DNA of 64,000 nucleotides from an uncultured delta proteobacterium. GTDB taxonomy: Bacteria; Desulfobacterota; Binatia; DP-6. The position numbers and the translations under genes are program-made. Positions 53,653 through 63,293 of the stretch are shown here, piece after piece. The notes beneath the pieces were generated by a model, which ran no database searches, was not told the origin of the DNA, and saw only the letters and a list, made by a program, of their open reading frames with translations. The first letter of the stretch is position 1. Every line of letters starts with the position of its first letter. The stretch is taken from contig CAWFFN010000012.1 of the NCBI GenBank assembly GCA_963815115.1, forward strand, positions 832,001-896,000, written 5' to 3'.

Positions 53653-53743
53653 CTCCGGAGTTCGACGCCCCGGCCGGCCGGGCGATGTGAGAGGACGATG
53701 AGATGCGGATTAGGAAGTACCAATCTGCCGCGCCGGACGGGTC

Positions 53744-54994
53744 TCAGTCGATCGGGTCGCGGATGATCGGGCAGGTCATGCAGTGCCCGCCGCCTCGCCC
53801 ACGGCCCAGCTCGGCGCCGACGATCGTCACCACCTCGATGCCCTGCTTGCGAAGCAGCGTGTTGGTGTACGTGTTGCGGTCGTAGGCGAAGACCACGCCC
53901 GGGGAGGCGCAGACGAGGTTGGCGCCGCTGTCCCACTGGGTGCGCTCGCGCATGTACGCGGTGCCCCCGGTCTCGACGACGCGCATCTTCTTCACCCCGA
54001 GCGCGTCGGCCACGGTGTCGACGAACGGCTTCTCGTCCTTGTGCAGCTCGACCTCGCCCGGCTTGCTGCCCGGCCGGTAGGAGTAGGCGTGGATGTTGTA
54101 GACGATGTCGGGATAGAGCAGCACGCAGTCGCGGTCGGCGAAGGTGAAGATGGTGTCGAGGTGCATCGCGGCGCGCAGCTTCGGCATCGCGGCCACGATC
54201 ACCCGCTCGGCGGCCCCCTGCGCGAAGAGGGCCGCGGCCAGCTGGCTGATGCCCTGGCGCGAGGTGCGCTCGCTCATGCCGATCAGTACGTTGCCCTTGC
54301 CGATCGGCATCACGTCGCCGCCTTCGACGGTCGCGAGACCGTGATCCTGGGTCGGGTCGCCCCACCAGACTTTGACCTTGCCGGCGAAGTCGGGATGGAA
54401 CTTGTAGATCGACGTGGTGAGGATCGTCTCCTCGTGGCGCGCCGGCCAGAAGAGCGGGTTCAAGGTGCAGCCGCCGTAGATCCAGCAGGTCGTGTCGCGC
54501 GTGTAGAGCGTGTTGGGGAGCGGCGGCAGGAGGTACTCGGTGACGCCCGCGGCATCCTTGACGAGCTTCAGCATCTCGCCGCCGTGCGTCTCGGGGAACT
54601 CCTCGGTCGAGAGGCCGCCGATCAGCGTCTCGGCGAGATCGCGTGACGAGAGGCCGTTCAGGTAGCTCCTGATCTCGTCGACGAGGCCCAGCCCGACCTG
54701 GTTGGGCACCACCTGGTTGTCGATGATCCACCGCTTGGCCTCGGGGACGTCGACCGTCTCGGCCAGCAGGTTGTGCATCTCGACGACGTCGACCCCGCGG
54801 TCGCGCATCTTCTGGACGAAGTCGAAGTGATCGCGCTTGGCGTTGTCGACCCACAGGACGTCGTCGAACAGGAGGGAGTCGCAGTTGGAGGGCGTCAGGC
54901 GCTGGTGGGCGCGTCCCGGCGCGCACACCATCACCTTGCGAAGCTGTCCGACTTCCGAGTGGACGCCGTACTTGGGCTCAGTGGCGGTTGCCAT
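53744..54994 (-). CDS. arcA: Arginine deiminase
   Basis: [51 protein letters not shown]; GGAGG RBS before ATG 54994. Confidence 0.97.
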   Translation of the reverse strand: MATATEPKYGVHSEVGQLRKVMVCAPGRAHQRLTPSNCDSLLFDDVLWVDNAKRDHFDFVQKMRDRGVDVVEMHNLLAETVDVPEAKRWIIDNQVVPNQVGLGLVDEIRSYLNGLSSRDLAETLIGGLSTEEFPETHGGEMLKLVKDAAGVTEYLLPPLPNTLYTRDTTCWIYGGCTLNPLFWPARHEETILTTSIYKFHPDFAGKVKVWWGDPTQDHGLATVEGGDVMPIGKGNVLIGMSERTSRQGISQLAAALFAQGAAERVIVAAMPKLRAAMHLDTIFTFADRDCVLLYPDIVYNIHAYSYRPGSKPGEVELHKDEKPFVDTVADALGVKKMRVVETGGTAYMRERTQWDSGANLVCASPGVVFAYDRNTYTNTLLRKQGIEVVTIVGAELGRGRGGGHCMTCPIIRDPID

Positions 54995-55015
54995 GGTGAC
55001 CTCCAACGTTCGAAT

Positions 55016-56485
55016 TCAGATGCTGATGTAGCCCGTCGCGAGCCAGCGGATGCCCACGATACACAAGACCGCCGTGGCGAGGAAGACGATCCACTCGACG
55101 GGCCTGAAGATCGCCTTGTTCTGCTCGCGCCGGGTCCAGAAGTAGAGGATGGTGCCGGGTCCGTAGAGGACCGCGGAGAGCACCAGGAACTGCATGCCGG
55201 CGGCGTAGACCAGGAACGCGGTGTAGAGCACCGCGATGCTGGCGAGGATCAGGTCGCTCGTGCGTTCCTGCGGCCGAATGTCGTACGTCTCGCCGCGCTG
55301 CACGAGCCGGAACCCGTACAGCGCGACCAGGAGGAACGGGATCAGCGCCATCACGCTGGTCAGATTGAGCATCAGCGTGAACGCGTCCCGCGACCAGTAC
55401 GTGCTGATGACGAAGAACTGGACCACGATGTTGGTGAGCCACAGTGCCGCCGCCGGCACCTTGTTCGCGTTCTCCGTCGCGAACACCTTCGGCATGTCCC
55501 CCTTCCTCGCGGCGGCGGACAGCACCTCGGCGCAGATCAGCGACCACGCCAGGTAGGCCCCGAGCACCGAGACGAGCAGCCCGATGCTGATGAAGACGGC
55601 GCCCCAGTGCCCGACCACGCTCTCGAGCACACCCGCCATCGACGGCTGCCGGATGTCGGCGATCTGCGCCCGCTTGAGCACGGCGTAGGGCAGCAGGGTG
55701 ACCAGCACCATCAGTGTCGTCACGCCCAGGAACCCCATGATGGTCGCCGCGCCGACGTCGGAGCGCTTCCGCGCGTAGCGCGAGTAGACGCTCGCACCTT
55801 CGATCCCGAGGAACACGAACACCGTGACGAGCATCGTCGCGCGGACCTGGTCGAAGAGGCTCACGTCGGCATACCCCTCGCCGCCATAGAAGTTCAAGCG
55901 GAAGAGGTCGCCCTTGAACGCGAAGATGAGGATCGCGATGAAGATCAGGATCGGGACGATCTTGGCGATCGTGACGATCTGGTTGATGGCCGCGGCCTGC
56001 TGGACCCCCCGCAGGATCATGAAGTGGAAGAGCCAGATGCCGATCGACGCGACGACGATGGCCGTGATTGTGTTGCCGTCACCGAACACCGGGAAGAACG
56101 CCCCGAGCGTCGCCTTGATCAGGACCCAGTACGAAACGTTGCCGATGCAGCTTCCGATCCAGTAGCCGAGCGCCGACAAGAAGCCCGGATAGTCGCCAAA
56201 GCCCGCCTTGGCATAGGCGTAGACGCCGGCATCGAGATCGGGCTTCCGCTCCGCGAGCGCCTGGAACACACGCGCGAGCGTGTACATCCCGCCCGCGGCG
56301 ATGCACCACGCGATGATGGCGCCGAAGGGTCCGGTGGCGTTGCCGAAGGTACGCGGCAGGGAGAAGATGCCCGAGCCCACCATGGACCCGACCACCATGG
56401 CGGTCAGCGTGAACAGCGGAAGCTTCTGCACCGCCGGCGCGCTCACCGAACCCCCCGATGAAGACGGAACTGCGGCTTCAGCCAT
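55016..56485 (-). CDS. arcD: Arginine/ornithine antiporter (APC family)
   Basis: VVGSMVGSGIFSLP, GVYAYAKAGFG, VFVFLGIEGA, PSMAGVLE; directly upstream of arcA. Confidence 0.93.
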   Translation of the reverse strand: MAEAAVPSSSGGSVSAPAVQKLPLFTLTAMVVGSMVGSGIFSLPRTFGNATGPFGAIIAWCIAAGGMYTLARVFQALAERKPDLDAGVYAYAKAGFGDYPGFLSALGYWIGSCIGNVSYWVLIKATLGAFFPVFGDGNTITAIVVASIGIWLFHFMILRGVQQAAAINQIVTIAKIVPILIFIAILIFAFKGDLFRLNFYGGEGYADVSLFDQVRATMLVTVFVFLGIEGASVYSRYARKRSDVGAATIMGFLGVTTLMVLVTLLPYAVLKRAQIADIRQPSMAGVLESVVGHWGAVFISIGLLVSVLGAYLAWSLICAEVLSAAARKGDMPKVFATENANKVPAAALWLTNIVVQFFVISTYWSRDAFTLMLNLTSVMALIPFLLVALYGFRLVQRGETYDIRPQERTSDLILASIAVLYTAFLVYAAGMQFLVLSAVLYGPGTILYFWTRREQNKAIFRPVEWIVFLATAVLCIVGIRWLATGYISI

Positions 56486-56877
56486 CGTGCCCCCTCCAGA
56501 CGAAGACGAGAGTGTTTCTTCGTTCCTGTGGATCAGCGCACTCGGGCGGAACGTCCCTTCGGCTCACCGATCCGCCTGACGACCAACCGTCCAAGCTGAC
56601 ACCGCGCCTTTGTTGGCTCGGGGCTTCGGCGGCTCGCAGACGTACCAATGGCGTCTCTCGCGAGGTGAGTCACCCAGGAGTGCTGGTGGCGTCTAGTCGA
56701 AGGATCCGAAGGAGTCAACCGATGGAACTGCAGGATGGCAAACGCATCCGTTCTCGGTCGCGAAGACGCCGGGCATGTCTCATCGGCGCCGGGACTGTCG
56801 GCACGAGGAGGGTCCCCGAGTCGAAGCGCTGATCAGCGGTTTGCGCCGCCCTCCACCGCTCGCTAGCCGGGAGCGCC

Positions 56878-58659
56878 ATGGGCGACCCGCACGCCGAGTA
56901 CACGACTCGCCTGGCCGCGCGTCGCGAGACGGTCGCCCGCCTGGTCCGCCGCGAGGAACGCATCAGCCGCCTGCGGCTGGGCTGCGTGCTCGCGGCAGGC
57001 GTGCTCGGCTGGCTCGGCTTCCGCCACGGCGTGCCGTCGCCCGCGTGGGCGCTCGTGCCGCTCGCGGGCTTCGCCGTTCTGGTGGCGCGGCACTGGGATG
57101 CGACCGCGGCACGCCAGCGTGCCGAGCGCGCGGTCGTGTTCTACCGCCGCGGGCTCGATCGGCTCGAAGGGACATGGCCTGGCGGGGGCGAGACCGGTGA
57201 GCGGTTCCGCCATCCCGCCCATCCCTACGCCGATGACCTCGATCTCTTCGGAGCCGGCTCGCTGTTCGAGCTGCTGTGCACCGCCCGCACGCGAGCCGGT
57301 GAGGACACGCTGGCCGCCTGGCTGCTCGCGCCCGCCTCGCCCGCCGAGATCCGCGCCCGTCAGGTGGCAGTGGACGAGCTGCGCCCCCGGCTCGACCTGC
57401 GCGAAGACCTGGCGCTGCTCGGCGCCGACGTCCGTGCCGCGGTGGATCCCGACGCGCTGCGCGCGTGGGCCGGGGCGCCGACCTCCCTGCACGCGCCGTG
57501 GGCACGATACGTCGCCCCCGGCCTCGCCGTGGCCGCCGTGCTCGGCGGTGTGCTCTGGGCCCTCGGTCGGTGGCAGCCCCTGGCGGTGGTCGCGGCGCTC
57601 GAGACGCTGGTGGCGCTGGCGCTGCGACGGCGCGTCCAGCACGTCGTGCACGCCGTGGAGCAGCCCGGTCGCGACCTGCGAACGTTGGCCGGGCTCCTCG
57701 CACGCGTCGAGCAGGAACGCTTCGGCGCGCCGCGGCTGGTCGCCCTGCGCGACACGCTCGACACCGAGGGCGTGCCGCCGTCGCGACAGGTCGCCCGCCT
57801 GCGACGCCGCATCGATCTGCTCGACGCACGCCGCAACCAGCTCTTCGCGCCCGTCGGTTGGCTGCTGCTGTGGACGACGCAGCTCGCGCTCTCGATCGAG
57901 TCGTGGCGCGCGGCGTGCGGCCCCCACGTGGCCGGCTGGCTCGCCGCCGCAGGCGAGCTGGAAGCGCTGTGCGCCCTCGGGGGGTACGCCGGGGAGCATC
58001 CCGGGCATCCCTTTCCGACGATGGTGGAGGGACCTCCGCAGCTCGACGGCCGCGCGCTCGGCCACCCGCTCCTGCTAGCGAGCCGCTGCGTGCCCAACGA
58101 CGTCCGGCTCGGGCGCGAGGCTCCTCACGTCCTGGTCGTGAGCGGCTCGAACATGTCCGGCAAGAGCACGCTGCTGCGCACGGTCGGACTCGCTGCGGTG
58201 CTGGCGCAGGCGGGTGCTCCGGTCCCGGCCGATGCCCTGACGCTCACGCCGCTCGCGGTCGGGGCCTCGATCCGCCTCCAGGATTCCCTGCAGGACGGCA
58301 CGTCGCGCTTCTACACCGAGGTGACCCGCGTGAAGCAGCTGGTCGATCTCGGGTCCGGCGCCCCCGCGCTGCTCTTCCTGCTGGACGAGCTCTTTCACGG
58401 CACGAACTCGCACGACCGCCGCATCGGCTCCGAGGCGGTGGTGCGGGGCCTGCTCGATCGCGGGGCCATCGGCCTGGTCACGACTCACGACCTGGCGATT
58501 GCCGCGGTCGCGGACGGCCTGGAGTCCCGGGCCGCCAACGTGCACTTCGAGGATCAGCTGCGCGACGGGAAGATGACCTTCGACTATCGCGTCCGTCCCG
58601 GCGTGGTGGCGAAGAGCAACGCGCTCGAGCTGATGCGCGCCGTCGGCCTCGAGGTGTGA
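56878..58659 (+). CDS. Membrane-anchored MutS-family ATPase (domain V only)
   Basis: N-terminal TM pair, HPYADDLDLFG, Walker A GSNMSGKST, SRFYTE, LLDELFHGTNS, TTHD; no mismatch-binding domain. Confidence 0.88.
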   Translation: MGDPHAEYTTRLAARRETVARLVRREERISRLRLGCVLAAGVLGWLGFRHGVPSPAWALVPLAGFAVLVARHWDATAARQRAERAVVFYRRGLDRLEGTWPGGGETGERFRHPAHPYADDLDLFGAGSLFELLCTARTRAGEDTLAAWLLAPASPAEIRARQVAVDELRPRLDLREDLALLGADVRAAVDPDALRAWAGAPTSLHAPWARYVAPGLAVAAVLGGVLWALGRWQPLAVVAALETLVALALRRRVQHVVHAVEQPGRDLRTLAGLLARVEQERFGAPRLVALRDTLDTEGVPPSRQVARLRRRIDLLDARRNQLFAPVGWLLLWTTQLALSIESWRAACGPHVAGWLAAAGELEALCALGGYAGEHPGHPFPTMVEGPPQLDGRALGHPLLLASRCVPNDVRLGREAPHVLVVSGSNMSGKSTLLRTVGLAAVLAQAGAPVPADALTLTPLAVGASIRLQDSLQDGTSRFYTEVTRVKQLVDLGSGAPALLFLLDELFHGTNSHDRRIGSEAVVRGLLDRGAIGLVTTHDLAIAAVADGLESRAANVHFEDQLRDGKMTFDYRVRPGVVAKSNALELMRAVGLEV

Positions 58660-58729
58660 GCGGAAATGCGACCGGGTGGGCCGGGCGCTACGCCCAGCCC
58701 ACCCGGGAGTTCAGTGCGGCCGACTCAGG

Positions 58730-61700
58730 TCAGGGTCGGCAGTCGAGGGCCGGCGTGCCGACCGGCGGATCCTTCTCGCAGTCGCAGAGGGCGCCCGCAT
58801 CGGCGAAGGCCGGGTCGTCCGGGGCCAGGTCGGCCGCGGGGAAGGCTGGCGTGTCGTCGTCGATGGTGCGGAGGAACGAGATCACGTCGGTGACGGCGCT
58901 CGGGTCGCTGTCGAGGACGTTCGGGTTCCCTGCCGTCCCGGCGCGCCAGTGGGCCTGCGCCGCCGGCAGGAAGTTGGGATCCGTCCCGATGCCGAACGCC
59001 TCTTCGAGCGTCTGCGCGGCACCGTTGCGGAAGTAGGGTGCGCCGTCGCCGACGCCGAGCAGCGACGGCGTGTTGAACCCGTCACCACCGAAGGCGGCCA
59101 CGACGGTGAGGGCCGGCGCCACGGTGTTGATGGGGCTGATGGCGCCGTGACGCAGCTCGAGCGGGTTGGTCGCCGTGAAGGTCCCGATCTGGTGCTCGAT
59201 GCGGAGGCGCTGCGTGGCCCCTACAGGAGCTGGAACTTCACAGGCGCGCCCGAGGCCCGCCGCGGAGTTGAAGCCGTTCAGGAACACGGCCAGGGGGTCG
59301 GCGATGTTGACGATGCCGGTATCCGTACCGGGGACCGGATTGACGTCGACAGGATCGTACGTGACGCGGCTCGTGGTCCACTTCGCGCCGCTGTGGCAGG
59401 CGACGCAGTTGGCGCCTCCCGGGGCCGCGGCACCGAAGATGTCGCGGCCACGGCTCGGATTGCCGCTGTGGCTGGGCGGTGCGATGGGGCTGCGGATGTT
59501 GAACGCGATCCAGTTGGTGATGTCGTCCTGCTGGAGCGCGCGGTGGGAGCTGGCAGGCCCGTAGTTGCGGACGTTGGGGTCGGAGTCGGGGGTGATCCCG
59601 TCGGTGTTGACGTCGGTGTTGGTGACGATGAAGCCGCGCCCACCGAAGATGCCGCGGGTGTTGAGCTCGAAGTCCGGATTCTCGTCGCGCACCGGGGTCC
59701 AGTTGAGGAGGCGCTGATCCGCCAGCCCGTCGATGTTGCTGAACGTGCCGGCGAGGTCGATGGTCTGGCGCGGACCGGCCTCGAACGACCACGTCACGCT
59801 GTCGGTGTGGCCGTCCGGGTGACATGACGCGCAGCCGCCCCAGCCGCGGTCGGACCAGAACGGGCGCGAGGTGAAGAAGTCGATCTTGCCCCGCAGGATG
59901 CTCAGCTGGGCTGGATCGGTCGGAAGCTCCGAGGAACGGACGCGCTGCAGCACGGTGTTGCCGACGAGATCCGCGACGACGACGTCGCGCGTCGTCGGGC
60001 ACACGACGTATCCATGCGTGCCGTCGGCGTCGAGCACGATGCCGCGCGGGTTGCGGCCCGAGCTCGTCGCGTTGGCGGGATCGATGGTGAGGATGCGCGT
60101 CACCGGGCTCTGGGCGAACGGCCCTGGACCGGTCGGCGCGTTGACCGTCGGCTTCCCTGCGGCGTCGAAGTCCATGCGGACGATCAGGTCGCTGCCCTGG
60201 CTCACGACCCAGCACGAGCCGGTGGCCGTCGAGCAGTCGATGTCCACCGGTACAGACGGGAACAGGCGATCGGTGTTGTCCCGAACCTGCGCGTCGAGCA
60301 GGCCCGCCGGGACGTCGAAGTTGATGCCGCGGTTCATGTTGAAGGTCTGGTCGGCGACCTCGGTGTTGGTGGCCTCGTCGAAGACCGAGACCAGGCTCTG
60401 GACGTTGAGGTTGAAACGAAGGGGCGGCTCGGGCGAGGCCGCCGAGTTCGGGACGAAGCCGCGGCCGCCGAAGAGCGCGATGCTCTGCAGCATGTTCGGG
60501 AACGCGCCGGTCCGCTGCGCCTGGGTGCCGTCGGTGGCGCCGTCGGCGAAGATCGTGCGCGGGGCATCTCCCGCCGTCGTGTTCACGAACGTTCCGCGGG
60601 CGAAGTTGAAGCCCGTGTCGGCGATCGGCGCGAGAACCACCTGGCCGACCACGGCGTTGGTCGCGGTCGACACGACGTCGACGACGGCCTCGCGCGAATC
60701 GTCGAAGATGCCTTCGCCGACCACCGGCTGGCCGTTGGCTCCCGTCGGGAAGGCCGCATTGGGTCCGTCGGTCCCTCCCAGGTTGGCGGTGCTCGGTGGC
60801 ACGAACCCCGTCCGCGGACGGGCGAAGAAGTTCGGCACGTACAGCGTCTCGTCCAGGTCGTCCGCGTCGCCGTCGTTGGTGATGGCCAGCGCGCGCGGGC
60901 TGCGGCCGACCGGGATGGTCGCGGTGACGGTGTTGGTGCTCGTATCGATCACCTGCACGGCGTTGTCGTTGGCGTTGGCGACGTAGACGAACCGGCCGTT
61001 CGGGGAGGAGACGATGGCCTGGGGCTCGGTCCCCACGTCGACCGTCGCGACGATCGCGAAGCTCTCCGTGTCGATGACCGACACCGTGCCGTCCACGGTG
61101 TTGGCGACATACGCCCACGGCTTGCTCACCAGGGTCGCAACCGAGCGCGGCTCCTTGCCCACCGGGACCTCTTGCAGCTTGGTGAGGAGGCCGTCGTCGC
61201 CGATCTGGAAGAACGACGCGGTGTCGGTATCGGTATTGACCGCCACGACCTTGCGGCCGTCCGGGGTGATCTCGATGGGGCTGGACTTGTCGGCGCGGGT
61301 CGGCAGGCACTGACAGGCGTCGTTGCAGGCCTCTCCGGCCTGGCAGCCCGTTGCGCTGCCGTCACACGCCTCGCCATTTCCGGTATCGACGACTCCATCG
61401 CCGCACACCGAGGTCGCGGCGCTGAAGTCCGCCGGCGCCTTCCCCTTGGTCCTGAGCGTTCCCGTCAGGACGGAGCAGTCCTGGGCGATGAGCGCCTTGA
61501 CCCTGACCTTGGCGTTGACGCCGGTGCACTGGCCCTTCGGGAAGACGACCACGACCGCCGTCCCCTTCTTTTGCCGGCGCAACCTCGCGTGACGCGCCTG
61601 ACAGAGCGTCCCGATCGCCACGTTGCGGTTCTCCAGGACGACGACCTCGCCGCCCGGTCCGAGCAGCGGTGCGCCCGAGACCGCGAAGCGTCCGGCGGTG

Positions 61701-61798
61701 CAGAGGGGCGGCCTGGGTGCCGCGTTCGCGCCCGGGACCTCGGCTGCCATGAATGTTGCGGCCAGTGCGAACAGTAGGAGCTTCGAGCCGGTCGACAT
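58730..61798 (-). CDS. Secreted YncE/YVTN beta-propeller plus di-haem cytochrome c (CcP/MauG-like) protein, 1022 aa
   Basis: ATG 61798 (MSTGSK…) after CAGGAG; signal peptide; CGDGVVD…EACD repeat; VGKEP/VGTEP/VGRSP and YVAN repeats; CASCH and CVACH; NTPSLLG…APYFRNG. Confidence 0.85.
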   Translation of the reverse strand: MSTGSKLLLFALAATFMAAEVPGANAAPRPPLCTAGRFAVSGAPLLGPGGEVVVLENRNVAIGTLCQARHARLRRQKKGTAVVVVFPKGQCTGVNAKVRVKALIAQDCSVLTGTLRTKGKAPADFSAATSVCGDGVVDTGNGEACDGSATGCQAGEACNDACQCLPTRADKSSPIEITPDGRKVVAVNTDTDTASFFQIGDDGLLTKLQEVPVGKEPRSVATLVSKPWAYVANTVDGTVSVIDTESFAIVATVDVGTEPQAIVSSPNGRFVYVANANDNAVQVIDTSTNTVTATIPVGRSPRALAITNDGDADDLDETLYVPNFFARPRTGFVPPSTANLGGTDGPNAAFPTGANGQPVVGEGIFDDSREAVVDVVSTATNAVVGQVVLAPIADTGFNFARGTFVNTTAGDAPRTIFADGATDGTQAQRTGAFPNMLQSIALFGGRGFVPNSAASPEPPLRFNLNVQSLVSVFDEATNTEVADQTFNMNRGINFDVPAGLLDAQVRDNTDRLFPSVPVDIDCSTATGSCWVVSQGSDLIVRMDFDAAGKPTVNAPTGPGPFAQSPVTRILTIDPANATSSGRNPRGIVLDADGTHGYVVCPTTRDVVVADLVGNTVLQRVRSSELPTDPAQLSILRGKIDFFTSRPFWSDRGWGGCASCHPDGHTDSVTWSFEAGPRQTIDLAGTFSNIDGLADQRLLNWTPVRDENPDFELNTRGIFGGRGFIVTNTDVNTDGITPDSDPNVRNYGPASSHRALQQDDITNWIAFNIRSPIAPPSHSGNPSRGRDIFGAAAPGGANCVACHSGAKWTTSRVTYDPVDVNPVPGTDTGIVNIADPLAVFLNGFNSAAGLGRACEVPAPVGATQRLRIEHQIGTFTATNPLELRHGAISPINTVAPALTVVAAFGGDGFNTPSLLGVGDGAPYFRNGAAQTLEEAFGIGTDPNFLPAAQAHWRAGTAGNPNVLDSDPSAVTDVISFLRTIDDDTPAFPAADLAPDDPAFADAGALCDCEKDPPVGTPALDCRP

Positions 61799-62079
61799 AA
61801 CGGTCTCCTGGCGCCTTTCGAGGCGCACACGCTGCGACCGGCGCCCCCTGCACCGGTCGAATGGGCAAGAGCCTACGACCTTCGGTCGAGGCGGAACTCG
61901 GGCCAGTCTCTCACATGGACGGCGTTCCGATAGCCCTGGAGTCAATGTTCCCCCGGACCGCCCTCGCGCAGCGCGTCGGATGCGGTGAGGGGGGGAAAGT
62001 GGGCCTCGGCTCGTCTCAACAGCCACCCTACGCCCGAGACCGCGGACCGGATGCATTGCAGGCAGGGGCGGCTGCCCGC

Positions 62080-63225
62080 CTATCGCTCTCTCCCGAGGAG
62101 TCTCGGGCCAAGGAAGGCGAGCCACGCGGCCGTCCCCACGAGCCAGGCCGCGGCCGCCGCGCCGAGATGGGGGAAGTAGGTCGCAGTCCAGTCGGCGGTG
62201 ACGCGCCCCAGCATGGCGAGGATGAGGCCGGTCGCCATGACGATGATCGCCGCGGGTGATCCTTCGCGCTCCCGATCGAGGTTCAGGTGGCTCAGCGCCA
62301 CGTGTGTCGCGACCCCGAATGCCAGGACGCCGAAGCCGCCGATGAAGAGAAGATGGAGCAGGGGGACCCGATAGTCGGGCCAGATGCCCGACAGCGCGAG
62401 CCCGGCCGGCGTGAGCCACACCCCGAGCCACACGAGCCGGCGATGCAGGCCTGGCCGGGCCGGGGGCCGCCACGCGCCACCGCCCAGCGCCAGCCCGATG
62501 GCGACCACCGTCGCCCGCAGGAGCGGTCCGACACGTTCCCGGCCCGCCTGCTCGAGCAGGAAGCTCACCAGGATCAGGACGCCTGCGACGCCGTAGGCCC
62601 CGGCCTTGACGCGTTCGCGCGGCGACGACCCGAGGTCGGGAGGCGGCGGCGCCCCGGCCATGAGCGGCAGGACGAGTCCGCCGATCCCGACGACGAGGCA
62701 GAGAAACACGCCTTGCTCGACGAACAGCTTGCCCAGCCCGAGGGTCCACGCGGGCGCGCGGAGCGCCGACCACGCGAGGAGGAGCGCGGCGCCCGCGAGG
62801 CCGTGCAGCATCGCGAAGGGGATGAGGACGAACGCAGCCGGCGGCCGGCGACCGCTCGTGCGTCCGACGAAGCGCCGGACGGCGAACCGCAGCAGGAGGA
62901 GCAGCAGCGCAAGGTAGCCGATCTCGGCCACCGCCCATCGCTCGGCCAGGGCGGCCACGGTGGTCGTCACGAGCGCCACGGCGGCGATCCACAGCTCCGC
63001 GGCCGTCGCAGAGCTCGTCTGCGTGCGCCGCGGCAGCGCCGTCATGAGAAACCCGACCGCGAACGCCATCAGGAAGCCCTGGGTCTGCACCAGGCCGTGC
63101 AGCATGCAGGAGTAGGTGGCGGTGACCCCGATCGAGTAGAGGAGCCAGTGGCCGATGCCGACCCAGCCGAGAACCACGCCGAGCGGGAAGAAAGGACGGA
63201 ACGGCTCGCTTCGCCATGGCAGCAT
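62080..63225 (-). CDS. nnrS: NnrS family membrane protein
   Basis: EPFRPFFPLG, HGLVQTQGF…GFLMTALPR, conserved His in LLHLLFIGG and VATHV..SH; multi-TM. Confidence 0.78.
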   Translation of the reverse strand: MLPWRSEPFRPFFPLGVVLGWVGIGHWLLYSIGVTATYSCMLHGLVQTQGFLMAFAVGFLMTALPRRTQTSSATAAELWIAAVALVTTTVAALAERWAVAEIGYLALLLLLLRFAVRRFVGRTSGRRPPAAFVLIPFAMLHGLAGAALLLAWSALRAPAWTLGLGKLFVEQGVFLCLVVGIGGLVLPLMAGAPPPPDLGSSPRERVKAGAYGVAGVLILVSFLLEQAGRERVGPLLRATVVAIGLALGGGAWRPPARPGLHRRLVWLGVWLTPAGLALSGIWPDYRVPLLHLLFIGGFGVLAFGVATHVALSHLNLDREREGSPAAIIVMATGLILAMLGRVTADWTATYFPHLGAAAAAWLVGTAAWLAFLGPRLLGRER

Positions 63226-63293
63226 GGCCCGAGCGCCCAGTTCTCGGACATCGCGTCGCGGACATCAACGCCGCGCGGTCGGCCCTGCCGGGG

